64,000 nucleotides of DNA. It comes from Chloroflexota bacterium. GTDB lineage: Bacteria > Bacillota > Sulfobacillia > JBFLWA01 > JBLNDB01. The stretch spans positions 18,833 through 82,832 of the forward strand of contig JBLNDB010000092.1 in assembly GCA_050261235.1 (NCBI GenBank), in the 5' to 3' direction. How positions within the stretch are numbered: position 1 is the stretch's first letter; every line of letters begins with the position of its first letter. Below are positions 1-9,787 of this stretch, one piece after another. A program made the position numbers and the translations under genes. Below the pieces are notes generated by a model, which saw nothing but the letters and a program-made list of their open reading frames with translations, made no database searches and was not told the DNA's origin.

Positions 1-587
1 AAGTAGCACGCCCCGTAGGTGGGGCGGAGCTTCTCTTTGAGCTGCGCCAGGTCGTCGCTTGCCTCGGCCTTCCGGCTGGGGACGCGGTCGTAGATGACAT
101 CCGGCAGCGGCGCGACAAGCCGCCTCCACTGCCCGAGCCGGAGCGGGAGCCAAGCCATGACCGTCTCGTGTTGCAGGTCGACGTCAGGCGGAGTGAAGGC
201 GTAGACATATTCCCCGAGCGACTTGCCGTAACGGATGAGCTGGCGAAACAGGTCGTTCTGGACCCCCCAGGGCGGGTTGATGCTGGGAGTCGTCAGCAGA
301 CCGACGACCGGGCCGAGGCGGAGGCAGCCGGCGCGAGGCCGGGAAAGGTAAAGCCGCTGTCCCAGCGGCAGGTGCAGGATGTTCCGCAGTCCGGTTCCGA
401 TGCGCACGGCAGTCGGCGGCAGATCGGTGCGAGTCGTGAGTACCGCCTCTGCCTTGCCGCGGCCAAACTTCAGCTCGTGAACCAGGTTCGTCACGGCGCC
501 GATCTGGAGGGCGAGTCCCGGACTCATGGCAATAGCATTGCGAGACAGGCTGGCTCCCCCAGGCAGGAGCAGAACCTTGACTGGCAT
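1..587 (-). CDS. YheC/YheD-like ATP-grasp (spore-coat-associated) protein, N-terminal part; the gene continues beyond the window edge
   Basis: Open minus-strand frame with no stop back to position 1, so it is absent from the ORF track. ATG at 587 is preceded by GGAGGTGA. Translation MPVKVLLLPGG...PVVGLLTTPS...LPDVIYDRVPSRKAEASDDLAQLKEKL resembles YheC/D N-termini. The overlapping listed ORFs 168..650 and 184..738 look non-coding. Confidence 0.45.
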   Translation of the reverse strand, partial: MPVKVLLLPGGASLSRNAIAMSPGLALQIGAVTNLVHELKFGRGKAEAVLTTRTDLPPTAVRIGTGLRNILHLPLGQRLYLSRPRAGCLRLGPVVGLLTTPSINPPWGVQNDLFRQLIRYGKSLGEYVYAFTPPDVDLQHETVMAWLPLRLGQWRRLVAPLPDVIYDRVPSRKAEASDDLAQLKEKLRPTYGACY

Positions 588-690
588 GCCCCTGGTCACC
601 TCCACTCGTCAACGCTGCTACAAGGCCTTTCACGATTATTCTATTCGTAGCGACCGGCGCCGGTCCCGATTGACAGAACGTGCCCAGGGC

Positions 691-716
691 AAAAAAAGAA
701 AGCCCGGGGTCGGGCC
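691..716 (-). terminator. Intrinsic terminator (minus-strand sense) downstream of CDS 735..1307
   Basis: Minus-strand read gcccg-ACCC-cgggc followed by tttcttttttt. Confidence 0.45.
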
Positions 717-734
717 ATCTTTGTCCGGGCGGTG

Positions 735-1307
735 TCATTGATCGTCGGTTGGCTCTTCGTCGATGTCTTCCTCGTCGAAGATATCGTCCTCAAGCGAGGC
801 GTCATCGTCTTCGTCGTCGAACTCCTTGACCTCGGGCGGCGGCCCGTAGACTTTGACCCAAAGGCGTGCTTCGCCGATGATCTCCACGCAGTACGCCGTT
901 GTGACAAGGATCTGAATGTCGCCGCCGGCGGTCACGAACGCGTCGCGGACGCGCGGTTCATGCAGGATCCGGGCCCGTGCCTCCTCGTTCTTGCCGAGGC
1001 GTCCGCCGTCCAATGCGACAACGGGAATGTTGGCCGTGTAGTGGACGGTCTTCTTGATCACGGCGGTCTGCCGTCCGGTGTCGAAGGAATACCAGGTGTG
1101 CAGATCCAACTGACCGCTGATCTGGACTTGCTGTTCCCCGGGCACGGCAGTAAAGCTATGATTGGTTACCAGGACGCCAAGGATGTTGTCGGGCGTGTGC
1201 TCCGGGATCAGCGTCTCACGGATCTCGACCTTCTCGCGGCCCTTTGCGCAGGTAGCCCGCGCAATGATCTCGCGCAGCTGGTCCTCGCCCTCAGAGGCAT
1301 CCCACAT
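735..1307 (-). CDS. Hypothetical protein with an extremely acidic C-terminal tail; possible SPOCS/DUF3794-like sporulation domain
   Basis: 190 aa with AAGGAGG 6 nt upstream of the ATG (minus strand). Non-junk composition with beta-rich repeats and a D/E tail. Own terminator downstream. The domain call is tentative. Confidence 0.5.
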   Translation of the reverse strand: MWDASEGEDQLREIIARATCAKGREKVEIRETLIPEHTPDNILGVLVTNHSFTAVPGEQQVQISGQLDLHTWYSFDTGRQTAVIKKTVHYTANIPVVALDGGRLGKNEEARARILHEPRVRDAFVTAGGDIQILVTTAYCVEIIGEARLWVKVYGPPPEVKEFDDEDDDASLEDDIFDEEDIDEEPTDDQ

Positions 1308-1492
1308 TGCTCTTCCTCCTTCTCACAGTTTTCGCTGGCCGCGCCCTTCCGCGCTTGGCAGACGGCCGGGGGGGCGGGCTGCATTATTCTATTGAACCGC
1401 CGCTTCGGTGGTGAATGCCCGCCGACGGTTCAGCTGAGTTTTGTGGTGTATCCTATGGAGCAGGAAGGTCCGTGGTTCCTCTCCGGCTTGGT

Positions 1493-1521
1493 TTACAACC
1501 CCGAGCGTGTTATGTGATAAT
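1493..1521 (+). promoter_or_regulatory. Putative sigma-A promoter (TTACAA-17-TGtGATAAT) for the SBP gene
   Basis: -35 and extended -10 hexamers with a 17-nt spacer, about 35 nt upstream of the start codon. Confidence 0.35.
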
Positions 1522-1557
1522 GAAGTGAAGAGTCACAGGAAAGGACGTCATCGCGCC

Positions 1558-3009
1558 ATGCGGGCCAGAAATCGAACAACTGTCGCACTCCCGCTGCTTG
1601 TCATTCTGGCTGGTCTAGCCATTGTCGGCTGCTTTGCGCCGCGACCCTCCGGCAACCTGAGGGTCGGCGTGCTGTCCCTGCCTGGCGCCGCTGACCCTGT
1701 GACAGCCACTGACCCGGGTTTGCTCGAACTGACCTTCGAGACCCTGATCGCGCGCGGTCCGGACGGCAACTACTACCCTGGCCTGGCTCGGGACTGGGCA
1801 GTCTCCGCTGACGGTCGCAGCGTGACGCTCAACCTCAAGACGGGAGTCGTGTTCAGCGATGGCACCGCACTGACGCCGCAAGTCGTTGCGGCTTCGCTGA
1901 ACCGACTGCACGCGGCAGACCCGGGCGTCCTCGGGCCGGTCGAGAGCATCGCGGCGGCAGGCGAGACTGCTGTCGTGGTTACTTTGTCGCGCCCGTATCC
2001 GCCTCTCTGGGGGGCGCTGGCATCGGTCCGCTCGGCAATCAGCGCCAACGCTGCCTCAGGCCTGGTCGGCACCGGCCCGTTCATCATCGAGAGCTTGACG
2101 GCCGACTCACTGGAGCTGGTTGCCAACTCCGCCTACCGTTGGGCGCCCGACTACTACCGCGTGCGCGGTCCGGCTCGGCTCGACCGCGTGTCGGTGATCC
2201 GGTTTGCCGACGCTGCTGCGCTCGCCGCTGCGGTGACCGGCGGCCAGGTCGATCTCGCCCGCGGGACCGACATGACCCCCGAGACTGGCTGGACGGCGAT
2301 CAGTGCGCCTGGCGAGTCGCTCCTCTATCTTGGCTTCAACACGCGCATTGCGCCGTACAACGATGCCCGCGTGCGTCGGGCGGTGGCCCTGCTCGCGGCG
2401 GCGGGAAGGTCGGCGGTGGCTGGCAACCTGCCAGGCTGGGTCGCCACAGATGCTTACCTGCCAGGTGGCGTTCCCGGCTCCGCTGAGCTGGCGCCGACCG
2501 GTGATCCGGCTTCGCTGCTGAACGAAGCCGGGTTCACCCGTGATGCCGCTGGCCGCTACCGGTCCGGCGAGACTGCGCTTCAACTTGTCCTCACTGTCGG
2601 TCCGCGGGCCGAGGATCAGGCGGTGGCAACCGCTATCGTCGACTCACTGAGGAGTGCCGGCATCGACGCCGCAGTCGGCGCCGCGCCGAACAGTGAACAG
2701 GCCTATCTGGCACGCTTCACCTGGGGCGAACCGGACATCCTCTACTACCTCCTTCACACTGGGGCTGAGGCTAACCGAAGTGGCTACAGCGATGCGAGAG
2801 CGGACCGGCTGCTCGAGGCAGCTGCAGGCGCGATGGACGAGACAGACCGGTTGGCAGTCTACCGCGCGTTGCAGGCGAAGCTGGCCGAGGATTGTCCGTG
2901 GCTACCCGTTCTCAGCAGCCAGGAACGGTGGATTGTCCGCGACGGCGTGAGGAACGTCCGCGCCGGGACGGGCGGCCGCCTGTTCCTGACGACGGCGGCG
3001 ATCAAGTAG
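1558..3009 (+). CDS. ABC transporter substrate-binding lipoprotein, family 5 (peptide/nickel type)
   Basis: Start trimmed from ORF-track 1441 to the ATG before MRARNRTTVALPLLVILAGLAIVGC (signal peptide plus lipobox IVGC). SBP_bac_5-like length and composition. No permease or ATPase genes adjacent. Confidence 0.7.
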   Translation: MRARNRTTVALPLLVILAGLAIVGCFAPRPSGNLRVGVLSLPGAADPVTATDPGLLELTFETLIARGPDGNYYPGLARDWAVSADGRSVTLNLKTGVVFSDGTALTPQVVAASLNRLHAADPGVLGPVESIAAAGETAVVVTLSRPYPPLWGALASVRSAISANAASGLVGTGPFIIESLTADSLELVANSAYRWAPDYYRVRGPARLDRVSVIRFADAAALAAAVTGGQVDLARGTDMTPETGWTAISAPGESLLYLGFNTRIAPYNDARVRRAVALLAAAGRSAVAGNLPGWVATDAYLPGGVPGSAELAPTGDPASLLNEAGFTRDAAGRYRSGETALQLVLTVGPRAEDQAVATAIVDSLRSAGIDAAVGAAPNSEQAYLARFTWGEPDILYYLLHTGAEANRSGYSDARADRLLEAAAGAMDETDRLAVYRALQAKLAEDCPWLPVLSSQERWIVRDGVRNVRAGTGGRLFLTTAAIK

Positions 3010-3087
3010 GCCCGAACTGGTGCGAAACATTCCCGCAATGCTGCCGTAGTAGCAGGCAAGAGCGCGGGTCAGGGAGGAGGCGGGCGG

Positions 3088-4932
3088 ATGGAAGGTGGAG
3101 CAACTCTGGAGGCAGTGCTGGCGGCTGACATCGGCAGTACGACCACCAAAGTGATCTTGATCGTGCGCGACCAAGGCCGCTACCGCCTCGCCGCGCGCTC
3201 GGAGTCACCGACGACGGTCGAGGCACCGACCGAGGACGTGCTGCTCGGAATGCTCGCGGCCATCCGCCAACTGGAGCAGATGAGCGGTCGCAGGCTCCTC
3301 TGCGGCAGCGAGCTGATCCGGCCGGCACGCGACGGGGCCGGCTGTGACGCCTTCGTCGCCACGTCGAGCGCCGGTGGCGGCCTGCAGATGCTGGTCAGCG
3401 GCGTCATCAAGGGTATGACCGCCGAGAGCGCAGAGCGCGCAGCCCTGGGCGCCGGCGCGATTGTCACCGACGTCGTTTCCATGGACGACGGTCGCAGTGT
3501 CATTGGCCGCATCACCCGCATCCGTGAGTTCCGCCCGGACATCATCCTGCTCTCTGGCGGCACCGATCAGGCGGATATCGCCCACGTCGCCTCCATGGCA
3601 GAGTGCATCGCGGCAGCCAACCCGAGTCCGCGGGTTGGGCGCGACTACCGCATCCCGGTGGTCTACGCCGGCAACCGCAACGCCCGCGAATATGTCACCG
3701 ACGTGCTGAGCGAGACAATGGACGTCCGCGTCGTCGATAACCTGCGCCCGTCGCTCGAGGTCGAGAACTTGCAGCCGGCGCGCGAGGAGATTCACCGGCT
3801 GTTCCTCGAGCACGTGATGGCGAGGGCGCCCGGTTACGCGCGCCTGCTTGATTGGAGCGGCAGGGTCATGATGCCGACGCCGATGGCGGTTGGCGACCTG
3901 ATCCGGCTGATCAGCGAGCGCTGGGGGAAGAGCGTCCTCGCCGTCGACATTGGCGGCGCCACGACCGATGTCTTCTCGGTCCTGAACGGCGCGTTCACTC
4001 GCAGCGTCAGTGCGAACATCGGCATGAGCTACTCGTTGTCGAACGTTCTCGCCGCGGCCGGCGTCGACCGGATCCGCCGCTGGTTGCCGTTTTCACTCAG
4101 TGAACGCGAGTTGCGCAACTGGGTTCTCAACAAGATGATCCGGCCGACAACGCTGCCCGAGGGGCTGGACGAGCTGGTCATCGAGCACGCGATGGCCCGC
4201 GAGGCGTTGCGGCTGTCCCAGCTCCATCACCAGCGACTGCTTGGCGGTCTTTCGGGCGTGCAACGTCGCCGCAATCTCGATGAGTTGTTCGAACAGAAGT
4301 CCGCCGACGACTTGCGCGCCGACGCGTCTCAGGCCGACGTCATTGTCGGCAGCGGCGGCGTCCTGTCGCACGCGCCGCGGCGGGCGCAGAGCATGCTCCT
4401 GATGCTCGACGGGCTGCTGCCGCGCGGCGTCTGTCACCTCTACGTCGACAACATCTTCATGCTTCCACACATCGGCGTGCTCGCAAGCGTCGCTCCCGAC
4501 GCCGCTCTGGAGGTGCTCGCGCACGACGGACTGGTCAGTCTCGGCACCTGCGTGGCGCCATTCGGCCACCGAGTCGACCGCGGCGAGCCCATTGCCCACG
4601 TCGTGGTGACGCGAGCCGGTGGGGAAGTCCTCCGGAGCGCGATTGTCGGTGCGGAACTGACGACCTTGCCACTGCCGGCGGGCGAGACGGCCGAGTTGAG
4701 TGTGACCCCGGTCGCCGGGTGGAATGTCGGCGCTGGCCGGGGTCGGTCGCGCCGCTGCACGGTAGTCGGCGGGGCATGCGGAATCGTCCTTGACGGGCGC
4801 GGACGGCCGATCGCACTGCCAGACGACCCCGCAGCCCGCCGCGACAGCGTCAGCCGCTGGGCAAGCGCGCTTGACGCCTACGATGACACACTCCTTGGCC
4901 GCTATCAGGCGGCCGCCGGGGAGGTCGACTGA
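3088..4932 (+). CDS. ASKHA-superfamily protein, glutamate-mutase GlmL/MutL-like (or hydantoinase-A-like)
   Basis: AGGGAGGAGG RBS 7 nt upstream. N-terminal DIGSTTTKVIL phosphate-1 motif and a later ILLSGGTDQAD motif typical of GlmL/MutL-like proteins. 614 aa. Confidence 0.55.
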   Translation: MEGGATLEAVLAADIGSTTTKVILIVRDQGRYRLAARSESPTTVEAPTEDVLLGMLAAIRQLEQMSGRRLLCGSELIRPARDGAGCDAFVATSSAGGGLQMLVSGVIKGMTAESAERAALGAGAIVTDVVSMDDGRSVIGRITRIREFRPDIILLSGGTDQADIAHVASMAECIAAANPSPRVGRDYRIPVVYAGNRNAREYVTDVLSETMDVRVVDNLRPSLEVENLQPAREEIHRLFLEHVMARAPGYARLLDWSGRVMMPTPMAVGDLIRLISERWGKSVLAVDIGGATTDVFSVLNGAFTRSVSANIGMSYSLSNVLAAAGVDRIRRWLPFSLSERELRNWVLNKMIRPTTLPEGLDELVIEHAMAREALRLSQLHHQRLLGGLSGVQRRRNLDELFEQKSADDLRADASQADVIVGSGGVLSHAPRRAQSMLLMLDGLLPRGVCHLYVDNIFMLPHIGVLASVAPDAALEVLAHDGLVSLGTCVAPFGHRVDRGEPIAHVVVTRAGGEVLRSAIVGAELTTLPLPAGETAELSVTPVAGWNVGAGRGRSRRCTVVGGACGIVLDGRGRPIALPDDPAARRDSVSRWASALDAYDDTLLGRYQAAAGEVD

Positions 4933-6287
4933 TGGCCAGCTATGCCAGCGGCGTCGTGCTCCAGACCACCCTGCGACGCGAGCGCAAGCTGCCGGTGTTC
5001 GGCCACGTCCTCGTCAACCGCGGCGACGTCGTCGACCCTGCCACGGTTGTCGCCGAGACCGACACCGTGCCCGGCGAACCTTACGTGATCGACATCTTCC
5101 AGGCGCTCGGGCAGCGTCTCAACCCCGAGGAGATGCGCCAGGCGCTGCGCAAGCGCGTGGGCGACCGGGTGACGGCCGGGGAGGTGCTGGCGCAGCACCG
5201 CTTCAGCCGGTTCAGCGAGCCCCGGACGGCGCGCTCGCCGGTCGACGGGACAATCGAGTTCATCTCGCGCGCCCACGGTCGCGTCATGGTGCGTGAGGAT
5301 CCGCAGTCGGTCAGGCCTCATCTGACCATCCACGTCGCCGACGACCTCGAGATTCCGGCCGGGATGGTGCGGCTGTTCATGCGCTTCCGCGAAGGCGACG
5401 AAGTGCACCAGGGAACCGCCCTGGCTGCCGTGCCGGATGCGCTGACAGGCATCAAGTACAGCTATGCTCCGGCTTCGGGGATCATCAGTGAGATCTGTAC
5501 CCGGACCGGGAACGTCGTCCTCATTCGCCCGTCGCGTCCCGCCACAGTCCGCGCCTATCTGCGGGGGCGTGTCGAGCGCGTCATCCCTGAGCTCGGGGCC
5601 GTGATCACGGGGCGTGCGTCGCTGATTCAGGGCGTGTTCGGTGTCGGCTACGAGGTCAGCGGTCGTCTGCGCGTGCTCGCTCAATCACCGGCTGATGAGG
5701 TTCAGCCGCAGATGATCGATGAAAACTGCCGCGGCCGGGTCATCGTCTCCGGGTCGTACGTCTCTTTGCCGACCATGCGGCGGGCACTTGACGTCGGTGC
5801 CTCCGGGATCATCACCGGCGGCATCGATCACCTCGACTTAGTCCGGCTGGTCGGCAGCGAGATCAGCGCCGGCATTACCGGTCAGGAGGACCTGGCGTTG
5901 ACGGTCGTAGTCACAGAAGGGTTCGGACGCCTGCCGATGGGCCAGCCTGCCTTCGATCTGCTGCGGCGGAACGATGGCCAGGAGGTGTCTCTGAACGGCT
6001 CGACCCAGGTGCGGGCTGGCGTCATCAGGCCGGAGGTCGTCATTCCACTGGCCGAAACCGCGACGCAGACAGAGGCAGCAGCGGCTGAACCGACGTTGTC
6101 GGAACTGGCCTGCGGCGTGCGGGTCCGGTTGCTCGGCAGGCCCCACTTTGGGCAGACTGGCGTCATCGTCGAGCGACCGACCGAACCGGTGAAGATGGAA
6201 AGCGAGATCAGCCTCAGGGTCGTCGTTGTCGAACTGACTGACGGACGCAGGGTCACCGTGCCGGAAGCCAACATCGACGTGATCTGA
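4932..6287 (+). CDS. Hypothetical protein with N-terminal biotinyl/lipoyl-like barrel-sandwich hybrid domain (RnfC/NqrA-N-like)
   Basis: ATGA stop/start overlap with the upstream gene gives translational coupling. VGDRVTAGEVLA...SPVDGTIEFI motifs. No Fe-S cysteine clusters. 451 aa. Confidence 0.5.
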   Translation: MASYASGVVLQTTLRRERKLPVFGHVLVNRGDVVDPATVVAETDTVPGEPYVIDIFQALGQRLNPEEMRQALRKRVGDRVTAGEVLAQHRFSRFSEPRTARSPVDGTIEFISRAHGRVMVREDPQSVRPHLTIHVADDLEIPAGMVRLFMRFREGDEVHQGTALAAVPDALTGIKYSYAPASGIISEICTRTGNVVLIRPSRPATVRAYLRGRVERVIPELGAVITGRASLIQGVFGVGYEVSGRLRVLAQSPADEVQPQMIDENCRGRVIVSGSYVSLPTMRRALDVGASGIITGGIDHLDLVRLVGSEISAGITGQEDLALTVVVTEGFGRLPMGQPAFDLLRRNDGQEVSLNGSTQVRAGVIRPEVVIPLAETATQTEAAAAEPTLSELACGVRVRLLGRPHFGQTGVIVERPTEPVKMESEISLRVVVVELTDGRRVTVPEANIDVI

Positions 6288-6458
6288 CACGCGTCTGCGG
6301 TTCGGGCATCACCAGCCGGCAGGCACGGCAAGTGGCAGGTAGCGCAATGCGCTGCCTGCCTAAGCGTATGCGCGCGGTCGCAGCACAGCCGACAGTGGGG
6401 GAGCAAAGAAGGATTCCGGCCGCCGACTGGCGAAACCTCCCAAAAACTGGGAGGAGGG

Positions 6459-7613
6459 ATGGCGCTGGACGAGACGGAACGCGCCTGCTGGATCGCTCTC
6501 GCCGCGACGGCGGAGGTTGGCGCTGGCAGGCATGGGGCCCTGCTCAGCCATTTCCGGTCGGCCCGTCGGGCATGGACGGCAACCGCCGGGGAATTGCTCG
6601 CCGTGCGCGGAGTCGGGCCGCGAACCATTGAAGCCATCACAGCGGCCCGCGGAGCTGAACCGCTGGTAGCCGCCAGGAGACTGGCGGCGGCGGCAGAGAA
6701 CGGCCCGTGGCGGGTATTGTGCCGGCCTCAGCAGGAATATCCCGGCCTGTTGCGAAAAGTGTACGACCCGCCTGCCGCCCTCTGGGTGCGCGGCAGGCTC
6801 CCGACCGGACCTGCGGTCGCGATTGTCGGAAGTCGCAGCGCGACACCCTACGGCCTTAAGGTGGCGCGTCGCCTCGCCGCCGATTTGGCCGCGAGTGGTG
6901 TGGCGATCGTTTCCGGGCTGGCGCGTGGCATCGACACAGCCGCCCACAAGGGGGCGCTGGATGGCGGCGGACTCACGGTAGCGGTGCTCGGCTGCGGTAT
7001 TGACCGCGTCTACCCGCCGGAGAACCGGTCGCTCGCCGCTGAGATCGCTGCCACGGGTGCGTTGATCAGCGAACTGCCTCCCGGGTTCAGACCTTTGCGC
7101 GGGCACTTTCCGGCCCGCAACCGGCTGATCAGCGGTCTGGCGGCGGTGACGGTGGTCGTCGAGGCCGGTGAGCGGAGCGGCGCCCTGATAACCGCCGATC
7201 TGGCTCTCGAGCAAGGTCGCGAAGTGATGGTCGTCCCCGGCGAAATCACCAGCCCGCTCAGCGCCGGCTGCAATCTGCTTCTTGCCGACGGGGTCCCGCC
7301 TGTTCTCTGCGCGGCGGACATCATCGACGCGCTCAGGAAGTCCTGGCTGCTGTCAGCTGACCAGCGCCAGTCCATCCGCGGACCGGTGGCATTGGGGGAG
7401 CCGTCCGGGAGCTGCCGGCAGGCGGGCGGCACGCGCGCCGACCGCATTCTCGCGTCGCTCTCAGCCAAGGGATCGGGCTTGGATGAGATAGTAGCTGCAA
7501 CCGGCCTGGCCGTCTCCGAGGTGCTGGCTGAGCTCACGGCGCTGCAGCTCAGTGGCCGCGTCGAGGGCCTTCCAGGCGGCAGGTTCGTATCCTTTTCCCA
7601 GCTGAGGAAATAA
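6459..7613 (+). CDS. dprA: DNA processing protein DprA (Smf)
   Basis: GGGAGGAGGG RBS. Rossmann-like DprA core (VVSGLARGIDTAAHKGAL, ARNRLISGL) and a C-terminal winged-helix region. Confidence 0.85.
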   Translation: MALDETERACWIALAATAEVGAGRHGALLSHFRSARRAWTATAGELLAVRGVGPRTIEAITAARGAEPLVAARRLAAAAENGPWRVLCRPQQEYPGLLRKVYDPPAALWVRGRLPTGPAVAIVGSRSATPYGLKVARRLAADLAASGVAIVSGLARGIDTAAHKGALDGGGLTVAVLGCGIDRVYPPENRSLAAEIAATGALISELPPGFRPLRGHFPARNRLISGLAAVTVVVEAGERSGALITADLALEQGREVMVVPGEITSPLSAGCNLLLADGVPPVLCAADIIDALRKSWLLSADQRQSIRGPVALGEPSGSCRQAGGTRADRILASLSAKGSGLDEIVAATGLAVSEVLAELTALQLSGRVEGLPGGRFVSFSQLRK

Positions 7614-7636
7614 TGCAGTCTTGAAGAAGGGTCGAT

Positions 7637-9787
7637 ATGACGACCCCGGGGACCGGAGGTGTCCAGTTGTCTAAGAACCTGGTAATAGTCGAGTCACCAG
7701 CCAAGGCCAAGACCATCGAGAAATTCCTCGGCAGGCGGTTCACTGTCAAGGCGTCGCTGGGCCATGTGCGCGACTTGCCGCGCAGCCAGTTCGGCGTCGA
7801 CGTCGACAACTCGTTCAGCCCGAAGTACATCACGATTCGCGGCAAGGGAGAGGTCCTCAAGGAATTGCGTGACGGTGCCAAGAAGGCGGACAAGGTCTTC
7901 CTCGCCACTGACCCGGATCGCGAGGGCGAGGCGATTGCCTGGCATCTTGCCCACCTGCTCGGCATCCCGGACCAAGAACGGAATCGGATCGAGTTCCACG
8001 AGATCACCAAGGAAGCGATCCAGAGCGCGATCAAGCGGCCCCGGGCTATCAACCTGTCGCTCGTCGACGCTCAGCAGGCAAGGCGAGTGCTCGACCGGCT
8101 GGTCGGCTACAAACTCAGTCCGCTGCTCTGGCGCAAGGTCCGCCGCGGGCTGTCTGCCGGCCGAGTCCAGTCGGCCGCTCTGAAGATGATCGTCGACCGT
8201 GAGCGTGAGATCGAGGCCTTCCGACCGGAGGAGTACTGGACCATCCACGCCCGACTCGAAACGCCGGACGGCAAGCCGCTCGAAGCGCGATTCCACGGCA
8301 TCGGCGAAGGCAAGACGGAGATTCCGTCACAGGCGGCAGTCGACGACATTCTCGTACGGATCGCCGGCAAGTCGTACATCGTCGCCGGCGTCAAGCGGCG
8401 TGAACGCCGGCGTCAGCCAGCAGCCCCGTTTACCACTTCCAGCCTGCAGCAGGAAGCATCGCGCAAACTCGGCTTCGGCGTGCGCAAAACGATGTCGCTG
8501 GCGCAGCAGCTATACGAGGGGTTGGAACTCGGCGCCGAGGGCAGCGTCGGCCTGGTCACTTACATCCGCACCGATTCGACGCGCATCGCCGCCTCGGCGG
8601 CAGCCGACGCGGCAGCCTACATAAAGGAACGCTACGGCAGCGACTATCTGCCGCCGGCGGCGCGGGCCGCCGATGTCCGGGAAGGGGCGCAGGACGCCCA
8701 TGAGGCGATCCGCCCGACCGCGGTGGGCCGGGAGCCGGAAGCCGTCAAACAGTATCTCAACTCCGAGCAGTATCGTCTCTACCGTCTGATCTGGGAGCGC
8801 TTCCTCGCGAGCCAGATGGCTGATGCCATCCTTGATACCGTGTCGCTTGACATCCACGCCGGCGATGCCACCTTCCGCGCCAGCGGGTCGACGATCCGCT
8901 TCGCGGGGTTCATGGCCGTCTACATCGAGAGTGAGGACGAGGGCAGGCGGGACAGGGAGCGTTACGACGACCAGGAGCAGGAGGGGTTGCTGCCTGAAGT
9001 CAACGAGGGCGATCAGCTGAGCCTGACCGACATTGTGCCGAAGCAGCACTTCACACAACCGCCTCCCCGCTACACGGAGGCTGCGCTGGTGCGGGCGCTC
9101 GAGGAGAACGGCATCGGCCGCCCCAGCACCTACGCGCCGATCGTAGAGACGATCCTTTACCGCAACTATGCTGAGCGCGAGGGTCGCGCCCTCAGGCCGA
9201 CGGAGCTCGGGACGCTGGTCGTCGATCTGCTGAGCGATTACTTCCCGCGCGTCGTCGACCCGGCGTTCACGGCTCGCCTGGAAGACGAGCTTGACGCCGT
9301 CGAGGCCGGCGACGCAGACTGGCACAGTGTCGTTGCCGGGTTCTACGGGCCGTTCGCCGAGGACGTCGCCCATGCCGAAGCGGAGATCGGTCAGGTCGAG
9401 GTGCCGGAGGAAGAGACCGACGTCACCTGCGACAAGTGCGGCCGGCGGATGGTCATCAAGTATGGTCGGTTCGGCAAGTTCCTTGCCTGCCCCGGGTTCC
9501 CCGAGTGCAGGAACACCAAGCCGTACTTCGAGCCCACGGGCGTCAAGTGCCCGAAGTGCGGCAGCGGTGATGTGGTCGAGCGCCGCACCAAGAAAGGTCG
9601 GCGCTTCTATGGCTGTTCGCGCTACCCGGATTGCGACTTTACCACTTGGCAGAAGCCCGTCAACCGCGAGTGCCCGAACTGCGGCGCGTTTCTTGTCGAG
9701 CGGCGCTCGAAGACGGAAGGCCTGTACTACGAGTGCGTCCGCGATGGGTGCGACTACCGCGAGTTCCCGACAGATGGTGAGGACTGA
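7637..9787 (+). CDS. topA: DNA topoisomerase I
   Basis: TOPRIM N-terminus ([18 protein letters not shown]), active-site region, and three C-terminal Cys4 zinc ribbons. 716 aa. Confidence 0.95.
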   Translation: MTTPGTGGVQLSKNLVIVESPAKAKTIEKFLGRRFTVKASLGHVRDLPRSQFGVDVDNSFSPKYITIRGKGEVLKELRDGAKKADKVFLATDPDREGEAIAWHLAHLLGIPDQERNRIEFHEITKEAIQSAIKRPRAINLSLVDAQQARRVLDRLVGYKLSPLLWRKVRRGLSAGRVQSAALKMIVDREREIEAFRPEEYWTIHARLETPDGKPLEARFHGIGEGKTEIPSQAAVDDILVRIAGKSYIVAGVKRRERRRQPAAPFTTSSLQQEASRKLGFGVRKTMSLAQQLYEGLELGAEGSVGLVTYIRTDSTRIAASAAADAAAYIKERYGSDYLPPAARAADVREGAQDAHEAIRPTAVGREPEAVKQYLNSEQYRLYRLIWERFLASQMADAILDTVSLDIHAGDATFRASGSTIRFAGFMAVYIESEDEGRRDRERYDDQEQEGLLPEVNEGDQLSLTDIVPKQHFTQPPPRYTEAALVRALEENGIGRPSTYAPIVETILYRNYAEREGRALRPTELGTLVVDLLSDYFPRVVDPAFTARLEDELDAVEAGDADWHSVVAGFYGPFAEDVAHAEAEIGQVEVPEEETDVTCDKCGRRMVIKYGRFGKFLACPGFPECRNTKPYFEPTGVKCPKCGSGDVVERRTKKGRRFYGCSRYPDCDFTTWQKPVNRECPNCGAFLVERRSKTEGLYYECVRDGCDYREFPTDGED

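Noticed and set aside
168-738. ORF-track ORFs 168..650 (+) and 184..738 (-)
   Set aside because: Arg/Pro/Ala-rich junk translations. A different minus-strand frame gives a YheC/D-like protein with a proper RBS.
6338-6364. Hairpin GGCAGGTAGCGCA/TGCGCTGCCTGCC upstream of dprA
   Set aside because: No U tract and one mismatch. It could not be assigned as a terminator or a known motif.
7694-9373. Long antisense ORFs inside topA (7694..8296 -, 8510..9373 -), and likewise inside trmFO (9943..11154 -), polC (27388..29055 -, 29119..31002 -), pnp and others
   Set aside because: Typical high-GC antisense artefacts. The sense strand carries clearly homologous housekeeping genes.
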